Shown piece by piece: positions 1-10,290 of a stretch of DNA of 10,290 bases. Below the pieces are notes generated by a model that saw only the letters and a program-made list of their open reading frames with translations, searched no databases and was not told the origin of the DNA. Both the position numbers and the translations under genes were made by a program. How positions within the stretch are numbered: position 1 is the stretch's first letter; each line of letters opens with the position of its first letter. This DNA is from a virus (taxonomy: Duplodnaviria; Heunggongvirae; Uroviricota; Caudoviricetes), in IMG/VR virus record IMGVR_UViG_2778261009_000001, positions 1 through 10,290 of that record. One strand, given 5' to 3'.

Positions 1-188
1 ATGTTAAATAGCAAGTAGATAAATATACAAGGATGTAAATTTTCACTTTATAAAATATTGCATGTATCTTATTAGTAAATGAAGAACTAAAAAATGGATA
101 TCTATGCGGTTAAAAGGTACTCCTGCAATTTTGAGAATGAAGCGTAGTTTCAGGCACGTTTTCATTCATCTATATGTGAGGGAATTAA

Positions 189-6789
<6,601 letters not shown>

Positions 6790-6790
<1 letters not shown>

Positions 6791-7227
6791 TGCGAACTTC
6801 AGACTACACAATACGGAAATTTTTGATTAATAATCTCAATACTTTGGTAAATCTTCAATATCCATCGAAAGCAACGGTAGACGACAAACCAATGTTATAC
6901 ATCGGTGACAGTACTGTAACACGTTCACGCATTCAAAAAGCAAATACATTAATTAATGGTCAATTAATACCAAGTGAGATTAATTATCTCTGTGAATTTA
7001 GAGTGGACTTTGTAGCAGTAGGTGAAAATTATAAACTTGCATCTGATGAAATTAGTAAAGTACTTGATGCAATCTATGCAAGTGGTTTTATTAATGAATT
7101 GAACAAACTACTTCCAATGGATGTTTTCAATGTTGTTCTGGAAGAGAGCTTAATGACTACCCAGGCCGAAGCAACTAATACGATGTATGTGCATACACAA
7201 ACTATATCTTTTAGCTATGGGGAATAA
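6790..7227 (+). CDS. Tail terminator protein, lambda gpU-like (putative)
   Basis: 145-aa ORF starting in a TAATG stop/start overlap (6788-6792). Size, position just before the tube gene and loose block similarity to lambda gpU (N-terminal helix, CEFRVDFVAVG, C-terminal HTQTISFSYGE vs ADLTYVITYEM). RBS AAGGA at 6779-6783. Confidence 0.45.
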
Positions 7228-7230
7228 TTT

Positions 7231-8913
7231 ATGGCTTTTATTACTAACAACACAAGTGTATGGATTAACACCGACACATTAAACAGTGATCCCAAATCTA
7301 AGGGATTTAAAGAAGTACCAGAATTAAGCGGATTCCCTTCATTCGGTCACAGTACTGAAACCCTTGCCATTGAAACATATGACTCTGAATACATCGAAAA
7401 GGTAGTAGGTAATAGCACCTATGGCGATGTCACTATTACGGTTAACTGGGTTCCATCAAAACATAAGTTTCTCGATGACATCGTAAAAAGTCGCCAATTA
7501 GTACAAATGAAGGTAGAGATCCCCGATGAAGGACAGAATGACCTTACGGTTAACTATGCACTTTATAATGGTTATCTGGCTTCTGTATCTACCAGTGGTG
7601 ATTATGATTCTGTTACTTCCCGTTCCTATGTATTCACCCCAAACGAACAACTTTCTGCGGGTATTCTTGACAGTACGATAGTCCCTCTAAATCGCGGAGA
7701 CTGGGGCGTAGGTGCAAACGGTATTGAGTTTCCAAGTTATCAGGGGCGTGATGGTAACGCTTTTATTAAGATCCCAGGTGCAGGTTCACCAACAGGGACA
7801 GATGTACTTGGTATTAATAACCTTGATTCTAACTTTGGTACACAACTGGTTATCAGTAAGACAGGTACGCCAATAATTAACGTGCGTAACTATGGTGCAT
7901 CTATGGGGGCATGGTACAAGGTCTATACCAGTGCTGATAAACCTACACTGGCAGAACTGGGTGCTGCATCAAGTGCATCTCTTGCAGACTACGTACCGAT
8001 TACCCGTACCATCAATAGCAAACCACTAACTGGTAATATTACACTACTGGCTTCTGATATCGCTGATGTATACAGTAAGACGTATATAGATCAGAACGTA
8101 GTCCCAAAAGTATTCCAGTTAAACGGTCATGCACTATCCGGTACGGCATTAAACTTAGTTGCCGCAGATATTCTTGATGTGTATTCACAGACTCAGGTTG
8201 ATACGTCATTTGTAAAAAAAACAACTACTGTTAACGGTTTAAGCCTTTCCCAGAATATAACACTGACAGCCGCACAACTCCCAGACATGGCGAGTATTGT
8301 TTTTACTAATAACACATATGTACCAAAAACATACTTAATCAACAATAAGCCATTAACAGGAACTAACATTCAATTAGTTGCTGCTGATATTCCTGATGTG
8401 TACTCACGTACTCAGTCAAATGATCTATTTGCACTACGTATCACCACTATTAACGGGTATGCTCTTAACAGCAATATAGTACTGAATTTTGATGATGTAG
8501 GAACATATTCAAAGAAACAGATCGATGACAAAGACAAGGTACTAAAGGAAGAGATTGATACGAAGGTAACAATTGTAGATGATATTCTTAAACTAAATAC
8601 CCTTGTAAATAATTCATTAGAAATAGATTTGAGTGATAGTAAAACTACATTCACAGTGACTCTATCACAACCAACGTCAAACTTCTCTGTACTAAATGCA
8701 AGTGGTAATGACAAAAAGAGTCAAACATTTCAGGTGCTTATTAAACAGGGTACAGGGGCAAATAAAATATCCTGGCCTACAAACATTTTATGGTCTTATG
8801 GGCGTGTTCCAGTATTAACCTTTACAAAAGATTCTACTGATGTATTTCAGTTTGTCACAGTAGACGGGGGTAGTACTTGGTACGGCTCTCTACTAATGGC
8901 AGATATGAAATAA
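7231..8913 (+). CDS. Tail tube protein (lambda gpV-like N-terminal domain) with C-terminal extension carrying phage tail-fibre repeats
   Basis: N-terminal ~150 aa align by eye with lambda gpV ([29 protein letters not shown] vs [46 protein letters not shown] and YNGYLASVS vs YKIRFPNG and FRGWVSSIG). Residues ~257-432 hold five fibre-type repeats, followed by a ~120-aa C-terminal domain. RBS GGGGA at 7218-7222. Confidence 0.6.
   Translation: [560 protein letters not shown]
7999..8526 (+). repeat. Five tandem protein-level phage tail-fibre repeat units (~37 aa each) inside the 7231-8913 CDS
   Basis: Units [66 protein letters not shown] (degenerate), [48 protein letters not shown]. The DNA copies are diverged (GATGTATACAGTAAG, GATGTGTATTCACAG, GATGTGTACTCACGT), so this is ancient repetition, not a recent duplication. 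Confidence 0.65.
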
Positions 8914-10214
8914 TGAAACCACACAATATAGATAATGCATATCAAATGATCGAAGGTCAGTTTAAGTTCTTGGCACGTAATACTGGCCTTACAACAAATA
9001 ATAAGACACAGCACTACGTATTAAACCCGGATAATGTACTTGCAAATAACCGTCACTTTATTGCAGAAACTGGATGGGAAGCACAGCCGGAAGGTGACGC
9101 AACTACAGAAGGTCAAAGCCTCCAGATTCTGGGGGCAATATATGTGTATCAGGCAACTAAAGACCCTTTCTATCTACAGAAGGCAAAAGAGTACTTTAAT
9201 GCATATCACAAGGCGTTCTATCGTGGTGCAGCATTTCCAGATCCACCGAGTTCATCACTACGCTGTAACTGGATTTGTAATGGAAAGGCTCCAGTACTGG
9301 CACACTACCCATTAGATCCCGAATATCCGACGCATGGTGGATTTAAAGGGACACTATTCACATGGGCTAATGGCCTTACAAAGATCCCACATGGTGCTCC
9401 ACACTGGGGTGAATACCTCGATGCAGTATGGTTTGCCTTCCCTAAGCGTGCGGGACTTGGTTGGAATCAGGTTAACGCAACCGCTTATATGTGGCTTACC
9501 AATGAAGACTCAATAGACTGGGACACAAAAGCACCAACCTATGACGTCGAATGGATCATTGATCGTACCGGACGTAAGGTAGACTCAAACGGCACAGTAC
9601 TGCAATCCGGTCTTACAGGTCAGGAAGGTACAGTACAGTTAAAGAATAAAACCATTACTGGTGAATATCGTTTTAACTATGCAACCCGAAACCCTGTAGA
9701 ACATGGCGGGTATATGTTCAAGCGTAATGAACGCTGGCATAACCGACCTGTACACGTACCGATTGATAACTATGGTTCTTTGGACTTCTCTGATAATGCA
9801 TCAGATGCCGAATTATGGTTTTGTCAGGCAGCCAAGTTACTTTGGGATATTACAGGAGAACGCCAGTATTATCTTGCGTGGCAATGTGCACTATTAACCT
9901 GTTATGGTTATTCAGATATTGACAAGTACGATATGTTCTTTCGTAAATCTACTATTGCCGTAACACCTTTTACTGATGGTATTTCATACGACTACTTCTA
10001 CCCAAGTGAGCAAGTAGCATCATATTCCCGTGATGCACAGGGTTATATTGTAATAAATCAAAGTGCATCCGCACAGACGATGTTAGAACAACAATCAATC
10101 TGGTTTAAATTCAATAATAACTCAAAATTTCACATTGAATATGGTGGTGTTGATAATACCAGTACTGAACCGCCCCGGGAATCCTGGAGACTAAACTTCC
10201 TGAGAAAGAGGTAA
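8913..10214 (+). CDS. Hypothetical aromatic-rich protein, possibly tail-associated and carbohydrate-binding; native 3' end removed by IS insertion
   Basis: ORF translationally coupled to the preceding gene through TAATG at 8911-8915 (a TTG at 8877 is an alternative start). Trp/Tyr-rich with helix-pair motifs (ILGAIYVYQATKDPFYLQKAKEYFNAY, WFCQAAKLLWDITGERQYYLAWQ). The last ~16 codons (EPPRESWRLNFLRKR) are read from the IS terminal repeat, so the native C-terminus is missing beyond about 10165. Confidence 0.5.
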   Translation: MKPHNIDNAYQMIEGQFKFLARNTGLTTNNKTQHYVLNPDNVLANNRHFIAETGWEAQPEGDATTEGQSLQILGAIYVYQATKDPFYLQKAKEYFNAYHKAFYRGAAFPDPPSSSLRCNWICNGKAPVLAHYPLDPEYPTHGGFKGTLFTWANGLTKIPHGAPHWGEYLDAVWFAFPKRAGLGWNQVNATAYMWLTNEDSIDWDTKAPTYDVEWIIDRTGRKVDSNGTVLQSGLTGQEGTVQLKNKTITGEYRFNYATRNPVEHGGYMFKRNERWHNRPVHVPIDNYGSLDFSDNASDAELWFCQAAKLLWDITGERQYYLAWQCALLTCYGYSDIDKYDMFFRKSTIAVTPFTDGISYDYFYPSEQVASYSRDAQGYIVINQSASAQTMLEQQSIWFKFNNNSKFHIEYGGVDNTSTEPPRESWRLNFLRKR

Positions 10215-10290
10215 ACAGGATGACTAAAAATACTCGTTTTTCCCCCGAAGTCCGTCAACGGGCAGTCCGTATGGTTCTGGAAAGTCAGGA
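10166..10290 (+). mobile_element. IS3-family insertion sequence, IS629/IS1203-like, left end (partial, continues beyond the window)
   Basis: Terminal sequence TGAACCGCCCCGGGAATCCTGGAGAC starts with the TG typical of IS3-family inverted repeats and is followed by the orfA start. The encoded N-terminus MTKNTRFSPEVRQRAVRMVLESQ matches my recollection of IS629/IS1203 OrfA. Not checked against a database. Confidence 0.8.
10220..10290 (+). CDS. IS3-family transposase OrfA, N-terminal fragment (partial at window end)
   Basis: ATG at 10220 preceded by GAGG at 10208-10211. Translation MTKNTRFSPEVRQRAVRMVLESQ runs to the window edge. Confidence 0.8.
   Translation, partial: MTKNTRFSPEVRQRAVRMVLESQ

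Noticed and set aside
1-18. ATG at position 1 followed by a stop five codons later
   Set aside because: Too short to be a gene; probably chance, or the tail of something outside the window.
58-180. Candidate sigma-70 promoter (TTGCAT at 58-63, TATATG at 171-176)
   Set aside because: No -35/-10 pair with 16-18 bp spacing and reasonable match to consensus could be assembled; AT-rich sequence gives many false hexamers.
8039-8714. Minus-strand ORFs at 8039-8224 and 8412-8714
   Set aside because: Antisense to the tail tube/fibre-repeat gene; short with no recognisable motifs, so treated as chance open frames.
9034-9897. Plus-strand ORFs at 9034-9315, 9334-9516 and 9703-9897
   Set aside because: Out-of-frame ORFs nested inside the longer 8913-10214 frame; short, with no RBS and no recognisable protein features.

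Overview
Plus-strand, tightly packed morphogenesis operon of a lambda-like (cos-type) prophage or prophage remnant, ending at an IS3-family (IS629/IS1203-like) insertion. Order: Nu1-like small terminase (228-785), gpA-like large terminase (700-2616), gpW-like protein with an N-terminal extension (2626-3165), gpB-like portal (3165-4682), one 617-aa ORF fusing an HK97-type prohead protease, an acidic repeat linker and an HK97-fold major capsid protein (4630-6483), FII-like and gpU-like head-tail proteins (6494-7227), a 560-aa protein joining a gpV-like tail-tube domain to five tail-fibre repeats (7231-8913), and an aromatic-rich protein of unknown function (from 8913) whose 3' end is cut by the IS at 10165/10166. 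No tRNA, rRNA or CRISPR array was seen. The most unusual points are the tube-fibre chimera with no chaperone or tape-measure gene after it, two in-frame internal SD+ATG starts inside the protease-capsid fusion, and the IS disruption of the last gene. All assignments rest on by-eye comparison with lambda and HK97 protein sequences recalled from memory; no database search or computation was run, and the DNA looks AT-rich only by eye.
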